From assembly GCA_964016885.1 (NCBI GenBank), contig OZ024755.1, forward strand, positions 4,774,001 to 4,838,000: a stretch of 64,000 bases of DNA, read 5' to 3'. Of this stretch, positions 11,481-24,213 are shown piece by piece (position 1 is the first letter of the stretch; every line of letters begins with the position of its first letter). The notes below the pieces were generated by a model. That model had not been told where the DNA came from, searched no databases, and saw only the letters and a program-made list of their open reading frames with translations. Source of the stretch: Eledone cirrhosa. Lineage: Eukaryota. The translations under genes were made by a program, and so were the position numbers.

Positions 11481-11945
11481 CTGGGTGATATCCCTCATTG
11501 GTGGGTGATATCCCTCACTGGTGGGTGATATCCCTCACTGGTGGGTGATATCTCTCACTGGTAGGTGATATCACCCACTGGTGGGTGATATCCCTCACTG
11601 GTAGGTAATATCTCTCACTGGTGGGTGATATCTCTCACTGGTGGGTGATATCTCTCACTGGTGGGTGATATCTCTCACTGGTGGGTGATATCCCTCACTG
11701 GTAGGTGATATCACCCACTGGTGGGTGATATCCCTCACTGGTAGGTAATATCTCTCACTGGTGGGTGATATCTCTCACTGGTGGGTGATATCTCTCACTG
11801 GTGGGTGATATCTCTCACTGGTGGGTGATATCTCTCACTGGTGGGTGATATCTCTCACTGGTGGGTGATATCTCTCACTGGTGGGTGATATCTCCCACTG
11901 GTGGGTGATATCACCGACTGGTAGGTGATATCAGCCACTGGTGGG
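11481..11945. repeat. 20-bp quasi-palindromic minisatellite x23 with a 140-bp higher-order duplication
   Basis: Unit gtgggtgatatc(tct/cct/acc)cactg; the variant block at 11561-11620 recurs at 11701-11760. Confidence 0.95.
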
Positions 11946-12404
11946 CAATTAGCAACTGTTCAACGGTTGATATAAAACTCAACTGAAACTGGTGGGTAAT
12001 TGAAAATTTAGGTAGACGATATAGTATTTTGAATATTAAGAAGGTATTTCAACATATGCTGCCTGAAAAACAAATATTCATAGGAGATGTACAAAAAAAA
12101 CCTGTATTAAAACAAACAAAAAACAGGAGGAGGGTAAATTGGAATAAAGAACCAGTAACAAATTGTTACTAAACATTTGTGGTATGCTTTTGAATATTTA
12201 CTATACAGGTGAGTGGTAGTAAATTTTTCAATGTGAAAGTAGATGACGACGTAAAAAAGGTTGGAAACTCCTGCTGTAAAGTGTAGGTGAGTCATCTTTA
12301 ACAGTGACAGAAGTTGTAGTTTGTCTTCCATAACTTTCATTGTAAAATATGAATATACAGGGTGTCCCTAAAGTCTAAGGTCCTTCTGGGATGACATGCA
12401 TTAA

Positions 12405-12606
12405 CCCCTTAGCATTCAAACCAGCCGTATCCAGCCAGAAATGTCTCACCTCTTTCTGTTCAAACCAGTTGAAACTGGCTGCTTATACTGATGTTAAGGT
12501 ATTGTTCTCAAAATAAATAATATCAAAATCTCATAAATTTGATATTATGTGAGATAATTATGTAAGATAAAGTGTTTACTACAAAAATACAATAGTATAT
12601 ATAGGG
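12405..12606 (+). mobile_element. piggyBac-like MITE, family 1
   Basis: TTAA-ccccttagcatt...ggg-TTAA; homologous to 39399-39614 and 40279-40483. Confidence 0.8.
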
Positions 12607-12945
12607 TTAAAAACATCTGCATCATATGATCTGAGAGAGAAGTCCTTTGTTGCCAGCAGAGGTGACAGAACAGCTCCCTGAATTTCTGTCACCTTGTTCT
12701 CATTCTGGTTACAACACTTCCTGTACATTCACCTTCAATATAAATGAGGTCACCCAGATAGCAAAAGCTATTTACTACTTCTAATGAACCTTTAGAACAT
12801 TTGAAAGATTATCATGAGTGACCCTTATTTTTTACTGTTTCTGTGCACCTGTTACATATGAAGTCTTCTCTATCAACCTAGATTTTTACAGCATTAACTT
12901 CCTTCTACCACCCCAATTAACTCTACTATTCTATATTAATAATAA

Positions 12946-13426
12946 CTAGCAGAAAAACCACCCTTTGGGTGGTTTTCTGTTAGCATGTGTAGTGTGTATA
13001 TTGATATTATACGCAGGTATATATACATGTAGATATGATACATCAAATAAAATCGTAATTGACAATATACACAGAAATTGAACGAAGACTGTTACACTGT
13101 CTTATGTAATCAGTAACGTAATCCATGGTACATTAAAAAAAGACAATATTATATATAAACTGCATTAGGAGAAAATTAGTGATGGAAATATATGAATGTT
13201 TATTTAAGCGATCGCTAACTGGAAGTGTTGACATTTGAAAATGTTAAAGAAGTGAATCTTTAAATAAGCAATAAAATATATTTAATCAACAGCTACAAAA
13301 TTTATTAAATAAATTATGTAATATTCATTCATTATTTATTCAAAGTAATCCAACTTATTTTACTAATGGGATAAAAAATTATAAACCGTACGCAATCTCG
13401 CATTCCTTACTTTATTATAGTTTAGA
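12946..13426 (-). mobile_element. Non-autonomous Helitron (~480 bp)
   Basis: The minus strand begins a|TCtaaactataataaaa and ends with the hairpin aaaaccaccc-aaa-gggtggtttt followed by CTAG|t. This gives TC...CTAG termini at an A|T target with no TSD; the interior is CpG-richer than the flanks. Confidence 0.75.
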
Positions 13427-13904
13427 TTATAGAGCCAATGATGGATTCTATTAGAAATAGCAGCTAAAAGTCCTTAAAGATACACTAGTTATTTAGCCGA
13501 GGGGATGGTGGATTGGCAGTAATTAGTAGGTCATTGGACAACATGCTTTGTGGCATATGGTTACGGCCCTTAATGTTCTGAGTTTAAATCCATAGGAAAC
13601 CAATAAAACATGCTTTAATGTATACATACGTCATGTATATACACCTTAATATATACACCTTAATACAGCTGACAGTCATCAATCTACGTAGTTTGGCTGT
13701 CATTTAATATACAATCATAGGAAAATAGGAGGATGATATAATTTTACATACGAATAACCATAGTATTTTGTATTGACCTTTCACTTCTACAGGGAGTCCG
13801 TAAAGTCTGAACACAAGAAATATCCCTATTTATAACTAACTGTATATATATATATATACAATATGCCCTCCCCCACTGCATAGACAATATGTCCCCCCCA
13901 CCCC

Positions 13905-14130
13905 TGATCCACTGCAAAGTGGTTGTGGAGGTGCCACAGCAAAAAAGCACCCAGCACTCACTGTAAATGAGGTTGGTGTTAGGAAGGGCATCCAGCTGTA
14001 GAAATCAAGCCAGAATCAGTTCCCGTATGAGCATTGACAAGGTCAGCCGACTGGACACTGCCCACAACAGGACAGCCCGTCTAACCCATGCTAACGTGGA
14101 AGAATAGTCGTAAAATGGTGATGATGATGA
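13905..14130 (+). mobile_element. RTE 3'UTR-derived element
   Basis: aaaagcaccc...ggttggtgttaggaagggcatccagctgtagaaa...aacccatgctaacgtggaa...gatgatgat, shared with 38150-38486. Confidence 0.8.
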
Positions 14131-14710
14131 GACTCATTAACTCTGTCAAAAACATGATAACCTCCCTAATGCTTGCGTCACAATAAAATGCACTCTGTAG
14201 TACTTGGGATGTAAGCAAGATGTGGACCATTGACCTATCTTATCAACCAGTATGGTGCAGCAACAGAATCAAGATACAGTGTGGTATGTACCTCTGCTGT
14301 GAGTACCAGACTGGTCTGTTGATCACCTTTTTAAACCCTTGCTGGCAAGGGAAGCAGAACTTAGATGACAATCACAATCGTGATGATATATAGCCTCATC
14401 ATTTTCCTCATCAAGTAGCATTTGTTTTCCCTGGGGTGCATGTCTGTATGTATGCTTGTGTGCATATATCTATATATATGTCTGTGTGTGTCTGTCTGTA
14501 TGCTTGTGTGTACATATATATATGTGTGTGTGTGTATGTGTCTGTGTCTGTGTGTGTAAGATAATTATGACTTAGGATATGAACCTGGTTTGAGGTTGAA
14601 TCAATTTATCTTATTTACTCTACGGTCCCTTATGTATTAGTATTTCCTTTTGCTTAGTTGTGTGTGGCTGTGTATAATCATCATCATCATTTTACAGCCT
14701 CTTTTCCCTG

Positions 14711-14712
<2 letters not shown>

Positions 14713-14765
<53 letters not shown>

Positions 14766-15092
14766 AGGTGTACAGATATACACTGTATATATATCTTATT
14801 ATATAGATATATAGACATGTTAGATATATAAATATATAGATATGTTATATAGACATGTTAGATATATAGATATATAGACATGTTAGATATATAAATATAT
14901 AGACATGTTAATTATATAGACATGTTAGATATATAGATATATAGACATGTTAGATATATAAATATATAGACATGTTTTATAGACATAATATATAGATATG
15001 CTATGTTATATAGACATGTTAGATATATAGACATGATATATATATATATATAGACATGTTAGACATATAGACATGTTATATAGATATGCTAG
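14713..15092. repeat. (TA)n tract followed by an atatagacatgttag-type minisatellite
   Basis: Direct inspection. Confidence 0.9.
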
Positions 15093-15515
15093 GCAATTGC
15101 TGTTTCTGTTTGTTTACTGTTAACATCTCTTTTCCTTTTTTTCTCTCCTTTTTTTCCATATATTATTTCATTTCCAAATTTTCTATCTCAAATTTGATAA
15201 GCTCATTATAATAATTTGCTCTGAATCCTACCTTCCACAGAGTATCCAGAGGAAGGTATCAGGTTTAAATGAATCTCTCTGACTCCTGTTATTCTACTTC
15301 TGGAATAAATCAACTTTATCTTAGCCTTATGTTATACTACAGAATTAAGTATCTCCTTCAGTAATCTTCAAAGGGGACAGCCTAACTATTCACCAGCCCA
15401 CTAATAGATCTCCTGGGAATATTCTCTCTAAAGGGTTAACACTATTTGTTTTTAAAACTTTCTTCAGCTGGAACTATAAACATATTTCGTTATTTCTGCA
15501 GCCTGTTACATACAG

Positions 15516-15736
15516 TGGATTGGCAGAATCGGTAGAGTGTCGGACAATATACTTTGCAGCATAGTATATATTATAGATACGACCCTTTACATACTGAGTT
15601 CAAATCCTGCCAAGGTTAGCTTTGCCTTTCATCCTTTCAGGGTGGATAAAATAAAGTACCAGTAATGCACTGGGGGTAATTTAATTGACTTTCCTCTCCC
15701 CCAAAATTGTTGGCCTTGTGCCTAAATCAGAAACCA
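15516..15736 (+). mobile_element. tRNA-derived SINE (main family)
   Basis: gtggattggcagaatcggtagagtgtcggac...gagttcaaatcc...gcctttcatcc...gtaccag...ggccttgtgcctaaatcagaaacc. Confidence 0.9.
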
Positions 15737-15747
15737 TTTTTGTTACA

Positions 15748-15945
15748 TGGATTGGCAGTATTGGTTGACCATTGGCCAACATGCTTTGCAGTATAGCATA
15801 TAGTTCTCACTGAGGTTAGCTTGGCCTTTCATCCCTATTAGGGGTAGAGAAAATAAAGTACCAGTAACACTCTAGGGTCAATTTAATCAACTTTCCCTCC
15901 TGTTCCCCAAAAATTGCTGACCTTGTGCCTAAATCAAGAGCCATT
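15748..15945 (+). mobile_element. tRNA-derived SINE, tandem second copy
   Basis: Same motifs as the preceding copy, with an internal deletion. Confidence 0.85.
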
Positions 15946-16274
15946 ATTTTTGCAGACATTTTTTGTGATTTGTGAAGCTTGACGAAAGGAAGACGTCCAT
16001 TAATAATTTGTATCATTTAAGCTTTTATCTCTGTTTACAGACTCCTAGAAACAGAAAACTATGTAGAACTGCTATATAAAATATATAAAACTAACTCAAT
16101 TTTGTCTTTAGTATTTATTATTATTTGTATTAGAAAAGTTTTTGTTGGGTATGTACACATAGTTTGAAGCAGTTAGTTCTTTATCTTCATCATTGAAGAG
16201 TTCTATCTTGAGGTCCTCTGTCAACATATGGCTGTCTGCATCATAAGATAACAGATGTATTAGTATTATTATTA

Positions 16275-16425
16275 CTGTTGTTGTTATTGCTGTTGATGAT
16301 GATGATGATGATGATGTTGGTGGTGATGTTGCTACTGCTGTTGTTGGTGTTGATTATTTTGTTGTTGTTGATGATGATGTTGGTGATGTTGTTATTGTTG
16401 TTGCTATTGCTGCTGTTGTTGTTGA
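16275..16425. repeat. (TGT/TGA/TGC)n trinucleotide tract
   Basis: Direct inspection. Confidence 0.9.
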
Positions 16426-17112
16426 GATATTTGACAAAATTAGTAGAAAGTTACACTATGTGACATCTAGTTTCACATCATATCGAACTGAGTTCAAATT
16501 CTGCTTGAGACATTTTATATGTTACCTTTCTAGGACCAAGTAAATATGTATCCCTTTATCCTCCATGTATCCCTTCCTTTTATAAAGTTCTCATTCTAAA
16601 CAAAAACAAATTATCAATAAGTATTTTTGCAATATTTAACTGTGTCCTTTTATAATCCAAGATCAAGCCTCACCTAAGTTGACTTTGCTGTTCGTCTGTC
16701 ATAGGTTGATAAAACAAGTACAAGTAATGTAGCTTTCAAACATTTCAGATGACAAATGGTCTTCAGGAATGAAGTAAGTTCATGAACTGAGGTTCCACTG
16801 TACTTATTTACTTATTTCATGAAAGAGAAAGTTGACTTTGGTAAAATATGAACACAATTGTACTAAAATGATAAGTTTGCTGTCTTTATATCTAATAGTT
16901 CTCACCAATAGTAATGTACACCTACACCACTAACCAAAAAAGAAAGTGTACTGATACTTACAATATACAACCCTTACTAAGACCATTTAATTTAATTATC
17001 TCTGTAATTACTTAGCACAGATAAGTTTCTATCTTACATTTTAGCTGCTTTTAGCAAATACGAAAATATTTGTGAGTTATGAAGGGGTCTTATCTATTGC
17101 TACTGTGTAAAA

Positions 17113-17400
17113 GGCGGCTAATTGGCAGAGTCGTTAGAATGTCCGATAGAATGCTTTATGGTTTTTGTTCTGGCTCTCTGCTCTAGGAGTTCAAATCTCG
17201 CCGAGGTCGACTTAGCTGTTCACCCTTTTGAGGTCAATAAAAAAAGTACCAGTCTAGCACTGGGGTCAATTCTTTCTCTGGAAGAAATCTGCTGTATTCA
17301 GACCTGGAGAGAAGATGGGCTCTGCCAGGCTTAAAATGCCCAAGAAACACTATGTCAATACGGCACCCCTACGACTCCCCCAGGAGTTACGGGACCATAC
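17113..17400 (+). mobile_element. tRNA-derived SINE, long-tail variant, with long flanking direct repeat
   Basis: Head ggcggctaattggcagagtcgttag, B-box ggagttcaaatctc, tail ...ggagttacgggaccat; flanked on both sides by tgaagggg..ttatctattgctactgtgtaa. Confidence 0.9.
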
Positions 17401-18579
17401 ATGCTGTGTAAAATATTTTGTGAAGGGGTTTTATCTATTGCTACTGTGTAACATATAAGTCAATATAGAAAGCAACTAACTTTCACTTAAAACAAAATTG
17501 ATGTGAAGTTAAGCAACCGAGCTTCCTAAAAAATACAACCAAATAAAATAAAATAAAATTCTAAAAATAAATATTCGAATCGAAAGCAATAGGAAGAATT
17601 GCTTCCAGTCACGTCTTTGGTGAAAGGATTTTATCTAAACTTAATTTAATTTAATTTAATTTTAACTCACTTGATATTTTGTGGGGATGAAAAATATATC
17701 AACATCTGAGATGTTAAAAAGGAAGTCTGAAATATTTTTTATGCTGTCATTTCAGTACAGATTCCTCTTATGTTCCACTTATTTTATCTATCAGGGTTTT
17801 TTTTTTGTTTTGGTTTGTTTAGGTTTTGAGGGGGGTGGGGGTTGTTGTTGTTTTTTTTAGTTTTAATTCATAGAAGATTAAATTACTCCTTTTATATTTA
17901 CTTCCTAAAATATAACCAAAACATTTTTACATTAACAGTACTGACATAGGAACACACACACACACAGGAAGAGGATCGGTACTGACATGGAAACACACAC
18001 ACATACACACTAACAGTACTAACATGGAAACACATGCACATACACACACAGTAACCATATTGACTGACATCTCAGAACCAAACACATCTGTTGTAACAAT
18101 ATTTGTAAACTCAATCATAATAAACATCTCTAATATGAGAAGTGGTGGGCTTCATGGCAGCTGCCATGTTGATAGTTATAACTGTTTAGAGTTCAGAAGA
18201 AGGTTTATAAATATCGTAACTTAGTTGGTTCCTCTTTTCCAAAATGGATTAGTTCAAATTTCTCCTTCTTTAGTAACATATTGTTTTGTGTGTGGTTGTT
18301 GTTTTTTTTTTCTCACCTTGTAGAACAGTGAGCAGATCTGATTGAAGGTATGTCCAGTCCCCTATTCTGTTTATGACCCCTTCTGAAGTTTACAGTCATC
18401 GGCTGAGCTGCAAAGATTCTTATTTTGCTGTGATCGACTGATATCTATGTAAATGATAAAGATGAGTGGGTGTCTCTGAGAAGTCAATAATTCTGATTAA
18501 GCAGTGACTAAGTCTATTGTGACCAGCCCAACCCTTGTTAGTGTGGAAAACAGATTTTAAATGATAATGATGATAATAA

Positions 18580-18870
18580 TTGTTTCTACTTTTGGCACAA
18601 GGCCAGCAATTACCCCAGTGTGTTACTGGTACTTTATTTTATCGACTCCGTAAGGATGAAAGGCAAAGTTAACCTTGGCGGGATTTGCCAATAATAATGG
18701 CTTCTGATTTAGGCTCAAGGCCAACAAGTTTTGGGGAGGAGTAATTCAATTACTGGTATTTTATTTTATTGACCCATGTAAGGATGAAAGGTAAAGCAAA
18801 CCTCAGCAAGATTTGAACTCAGACCATAAAGGGTTGTGGCCCTACCCTGCAAAGCATGTTGTCTGCCTAA
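18580..18870 (-). mobile_element. Two tandem SINE copies (main family)
   Basis: Two runs of tttc..tttggcacaaggcc...ggatgaaagg.aaag..aacct. Confidence 0.85.
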
Positions 18871-19626
18871 TAATGATTTCTGTGTGAGTTTGTGATATTT
18901 TTATGTGTGTAAGCACATGGATGGAAGTTTTATACCAACCTAGCTAACATATTAACGTAAGTTGCAACTAACTAATAGTAACATAAAATATTGGCACAAT
19001 AGAACAGTCTATTTCTATTGTTTAATAGGAATTCTCAGTTCTTGTTAAGGTGTGCATGAGTGGTTTGTTTTGTTGTATATTAAACAGTTGGTTGTTGTTA
19101 GTCATCAATAAAGTGGTATTGAATTGTGGCAGATGTAACTCTTGGTCATGTCATGGAAACTACAAACGAAGAATGTTCAATGAATAGACAACAACTTGTA
19201 TTGAATGACTAAACATATTGAGAAATGAGGAAACAGTTGAGGTTTTAAAAATACTTTAATTCTACAAAGAAAAAATAATAATAGATTGTACAGTTGTCAT
19301 TGCTTATTATTCTCTGTCATCAGCACTGTAATTAATCATCATTATTATCGTTCTAATTAATCATCAGCTGTAAATAGTATCAACACCCACTAATGAGTTA
19401 ATTAGTTTTGACTGAATTAATAAAAATAATGTATACTGTTGTCTTGTCTCTTCCCACCGTCATTCCTGAGGGTCAGGAACAATGGACAGTAACATCAATG
19501 GTCATCTGTATGATGTTATGATGATGTATGTCATTGATGAGGGTCAGGGACCACAGACAATAGCACCAATGGTCATCTGTATGATGTTATGTTTTGTCAC
19601 TTCCCACCGTCATTGCTGAGGTGTAA

Positions 19627-19876
19627 ATGATGGTGGTGAATATGGTGATGATGGTGGTGGTGGTGGTGGTGGTGGTAGTGACGGTGGTGGTGCTGATGAT
19701 GATGGTGGTGGTAGTGACGGTGGTGGTGCTGATGATGAGGATGGTGGTGGTGGTAGTGACGGTGGTGGTGCTGAGGGTGGTGGTGGTGATGCTGCTAATC
19801 AGCATGATGATAATGGTGATGATGGTGGTGATGGTGGTGGTGGTACCGTTGGTGGTGGTGGTGGTGATGATGATGA
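19627..19876. repeat. (GGT/GAT)n trinucleotide tract
   Basis: Direct inspection. Confidence 0.95.
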
Positions 19877-20014
19877 AACAGCAAGTGTCAAATCATATTC
19901 TTGGTAGACAAATGACATCGATTGCTGTTTAAAACTGGTCACACCACATCTTGTATTGATTATTATTGTGAGAGACTTAACAGAGGTTGGTAGTAGATAT
20001 ATACGTGACCCCTG

Positions 20015-20305
20015 CAGCACCACCATTACCATCACCACCACCACCATCACTATCACTATCACCATCACCACTACCACCATTATCACTATCACCATCACCA
20101 TTACTACTACAATCATCATCACTATCACCACCATCACTGCCACTCCTACTATCACCAGCACCACCACCACCAGCACCACCACTATCACCAGCACCAACAC
20201 CACTATCACACCACCACCACCATCACCACCACTATCACCAGCACCAACACCACTATCACACCAACACCACCATCATCACCACTATCACTACTACTATTAT
20301 TATTT
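20015..20305. repeat. (CAC/CAT/TAC)n trinucleotide tract
   Basis: Direct inspection. Confidence 0.95.
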
Positions 20306-20528
20306 TTGACTTATGATACTTCATGTAATTTCTATAGTACTTTAGTAACCCTCAGTAGTGTGACTCATCTCTTGCTGTTCAACAACTTAATAACAATTAT
20401 TATTATTTTTAGAGTAGGGAGCGAACAGTTGATTCTGGCCATTGTGAACCAGTTTCAACAACACATGCCACCAACACAAAGAAGCTGCATAACTGTAGAA
20501 AATGTTTGACCTGGCCTCCAGGTATATC

Positions 20529-20900
20529 TAGAGGAAAATAATGCCTCTGGCAAGCAGAGAAATTGTATCCCTACCCAACTTGAGGAAAATAGTGCCTATG
20601 GCAAGCCGAGAAATTGTATCCCTACCCAACTTGAGGAAAATAGTGCCTATGGCAAGCCGAGAAATTGTATCCCTACCCAACTTGAGGAAAATAGTGCCTA
20701 TGGCAAGCCGAGAAATTGTATCCCTACCCAACTTGAGGAAAATAGTGCCTATGGCAAGCCGAGAAATTGTATCCCTACCCAACTTGAGGAAAATAGTGCC
20801 TATGGCAAACAGAGAAATTGTATCCCTGCCTGACCAGAGGTGAAACTAGAAGAAAATAGTGCCTATGGCTAGCAGAGAAATTGTATCCCTGCCTGAACTG
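20529..20900. repeat. 51-bp minisatellite x6-7 derived from a hAT-like terminal sequence
   Basis: Unit gaggaaaatagtgcctatggcaagccgagaaattgtatccctacccaactt; homologous to the reverse complement of 62498-62579. Confidence 0.9.
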
Positions 20901-21489
20901 GGGCCCTAATAGGCTGCATGCAGCAATCTATATATAGTAGTTGTTAGATCATGGGTTTGACTGAGACAGGGCAGTTTGAATAAATTAGGGTTTAGGATAT
21001 TAAACTGCATTTTCATTTGTTCTACCTGAAGTATTTGCAAAAGTGTTAATGTATTTAGAGTGATCTTTGTAATACTGATCTTTGACAAATATTAGACCTC
21101 TATTAAAATATTTGACAAGTCATACTATGAGGTATGCCTCTGTGATCATGTAGTTCCCAGCACTGTATTTTTACCTATGGAGGTCTAAACATTTATATAA
21201 ATGGTTTGATGATCCAGCCCACATAGTGTTTCTCACTCATTATAATCTAAGGCTGATCATATATCTGAAGAGGTTTGTTTTTTTACTCTCCAATGATAGC
21301 TTATCTGACTTTAATAGAAAGTGCTCCTTGTCCAAGTGTCGCCCTCTGCCTTTAAATGACACCCATGGTACGTGCCATGTTTACCATTCCTTAGTTACAC
21401 CTCTACACCCAACACAAACAAGCTACATAACTCTAGAAAATATTTCAGCCCATACTTACTCTCTCTGACCTCTGTTGTATGTGAACCAA

Positions 21490-21585
21490 CAAAGGAGCCC
21501 CTCCACGTGATTCTCAAACTGTTAGAAATAGCTGCTAGATTTCCCTCAAATTACACTACCCTACCACCATCATAAAAAAGGACAC
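21490..21585 (+). mobile_element. Short interspersed repeat fragment (tagaaatagcNgc family)
   Basis: ttagaaatagctgctagatttccctcaaattacac; a related fragment lies at ~13450. Confidence 0.45.
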
Positions 21586-21735
21586 TACTAGTACAGCTTT
21601 ATAGTTCTGTTCAATCATAGTTGACCTTTAATATCCAATTGCTTCTCCTCAACTCACTTATATTCACGTTTTTAACTTCATAAATTAACATCACATGTTT
21701 AGCTGATAATATATCAGCCATTTCTCTCTCTAGTT

Positions 21736-21990
21736 ACTACACAGCTCCTACATATCACTACAGTTTACTATAGTCCACTACACAGCTCCTACATATCACT
21801 ACAGTTTACTATAGTCCACTACACAGCTCCTACATATCACTACAGTACACTACACAGTTCCTACATTTCACCATAGTACACTACACAGCTCCTACATATC
21901 ACTACAGTACACTACACAGTTCCTACATTTCACCATAGTACACTACACAGCTCCTACATTTCACTACAGTCCATTACACAGCTCCTACAT
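21736..21990. repeat. 30/41-bp minisatellite
   Basis: Units of actacacagctcctacatatcactacagt. Confidence 0.9.
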
Positions 21991-22722
21991 TGAAATGTTA
22001 TATCATATATCTTTTTAAACTTGAATTATTGATGCTCTGAACCAAAGTCCATTGAGCTTATTTATTGAAAAACAGGATCATTATACATATTAAATATGTA
22101 TTAATACCTTAACATAGTATATATATATATATATAAATATGATATTTGTGTTGATATTTATGCGTACATATAAATTATCATTTATTCATTCATGTGTGTG
22201 TGTGTCTGTATGTGTGTGTTGTTATCCATTGTGTGTGTGTGTGTGTGTGTGTGGTGTTGTTAAAACATCAGTTAAGGCAATGATTTTCCTCTAATTCATT
22301 ATTTATTATTTGTAAAAACAACATGGTTTCCTTTTCCATATTTTCCACAACCATAATTTGCTGCGTATAAATAGATGCATTAGCCCTAAATTAACTTCAC
22401 AAAAATAAAGCAGCATAAAATAATTTTGTGGAAGATATGTTAGTATGTTTGTGTGTTTTTATGCTCCTTATTTTGGGGGAGTATATTCTTTGTTAGATGT
22501 GTTTTATTCAGTCTTTTTTTCTTTCTCTTTCTTCCTTTCTCTCTCATCTCCTTGTAATAAAAAGAGATGAGTCACTTGCATCTTTAACAACAACCAATTA
22601 TTGACTGTCTCCATTCTTCTAGATTTGTAAGATATCTCAACTGAAGCAGTCAGAAGGCATCAATGTTAAAGAGATGTTGATCAGACTAATAATAACAATA
22701 ATAATAGTACTAATAACAATAA

Positions 22723-22928
22723 TGATTTCTGATCTAGGCACAGGGCCAACAATTTTGGAGGGAGAGGAAACTTGATTAATGTGTTACTGCTACTTTATTT
22801 TATCGACCCCCGTAAGGATGAAAGGCAAAGCTAATCTCGGCGGGATTTGAACTCTGAATGTAAAGGGCCGTAATTAAATACTGCAAACCATTTTGTCCAA
22901 TGCTCTACCAATTCTGCCAATCCACCAC
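22723..22928 (-). mobile_element. tRNA-derived SINE (main family)
   Basis: Full reverse complement of the 15516-15736 type. Confidence 0.9.
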
Positions 22929-22965
22929 CCTAATCAGGCTAATAGTAATAATAATGATAATAATA

Positions 22966-23358
22966 TCATCATCACCATCATCATCATCATTTTTTTCATG
23001 TCCGTTGTTCCCCATTTGCATGGGTTGGATGGGTCTTTTTCAGCACAGCATCTGTCAACTTGCCATCTCCTCTGTGAGCTTCAGCAATTTCAGATCAGCT
23101 TTCACCACCCCTACCCAGGTCTTCTTTAGTCTACTTCTACTCAGCTTCCCTCAACTGGGATTTCCTGGCACTTTTTCACCTATCGATCACCATCCATGCA
23201 TATCACATGTCCATACCAGTGCAGTCTCCTTTCTGTAGCTTCCTTCCACTGGGATTTCTTGCCACTTCTTCACTCACGATCACCATCCATGGATATCACA
23301 TTCTTCTCTATATCAACACAGTCTTCTCTCTTGCACACTGCTTTGGATTCCTCTTAAA
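22966..23358 (-). mobile_element. RTE LINE 3' end (short-3'UTR subfamily) with internal duplication
   Basis: (CAT)n-ttttcatgtccgttgttccccatttgcatgggttgg...catgtccataccagtgcagtctcc, the reverse complement of the RRLHWYGHV codons. Confidence 0.8.
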
Positions 23359-23756
23359 CTATGTCATGGATGATGACTGATTGAAATTAATTTTATTAAT
23401 TTAAATTGGAAACCTTTAAAATGGGGGGTGCTTTGTTTCACAGAATCAGAGCTGGTTTTAGCTGTGTTAGTAACAAAACTGAGATTTCATGTAACCCTAC
23501 CTGCCAGCCTTGATCAAATTTTAACATTGAGCTAATGTGATATTATAACTGCAAGGGAAAGTCATGATTAGTTAGAAATAGTTAGTACTAACTTAAATAT
23601 ATGGAGGAGGTCAGTGATTATAAGTTAGTAACATTTTTTTTTGTCACAAATAAAAAAAAATATATATAAATTTTAAGTGGTTCAAAAACTTATAAAAGTA
23701 TTCCTGTCATTTTTTAAGTTTCTTGTTACCGAATGTCAAAATATAGAGAATGTTTC

Positions 23757-23945
23757 TAAATTTCACACATACACACTTCATTTCATATACATCCACACTA
23801 AATTTCACACGTGCACACTTAATTTCATACCTACACACTCACTAAATTTCATACACACACACACTAAATTTCATACACACACTGAATTTCACACATACAC
23901 ACTTAATTTCACACATACACACTTAATTTCAAACACACACTTGAT
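23757..23945. repeat. ~20-bp aatttcacacatacacact minisatellite
   Basis: Direct inspection. Confidence 0.85.
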
Positions 23946-24213
23946 AAAATGTAAAATATGTAGAAAATAAACTAAAAACAATGGAGTTTGTACTATACTA
24001 TATATTTACTTTGTCTTTCTTTTAATTGTAATGTCATTTCTGATAACTAAAGTGTCCGAATCGTTAATAGCTAGCTCATTTTGTGTCAGGGACTTAGGAT
24101 AAAACATACGCAGGATGGGCAAAAGAGGTCTCAAACACTGTTCTATCCAGCACACTATAGATCTCAAATATTTCCTCACCTCTCTTGATATTGATGGCAG
24201 CTGTAAGGTTTAA

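Noticed and set aside
18310-18353. Apparent 24-nt microexon (polyT..tag|AACAGTGAGCAGATCTGATTGAAG|gtatgt)
   Set aside because: It has TGA stops in all three frames. It could only be a UTR or poison exon, and there is no independent support.
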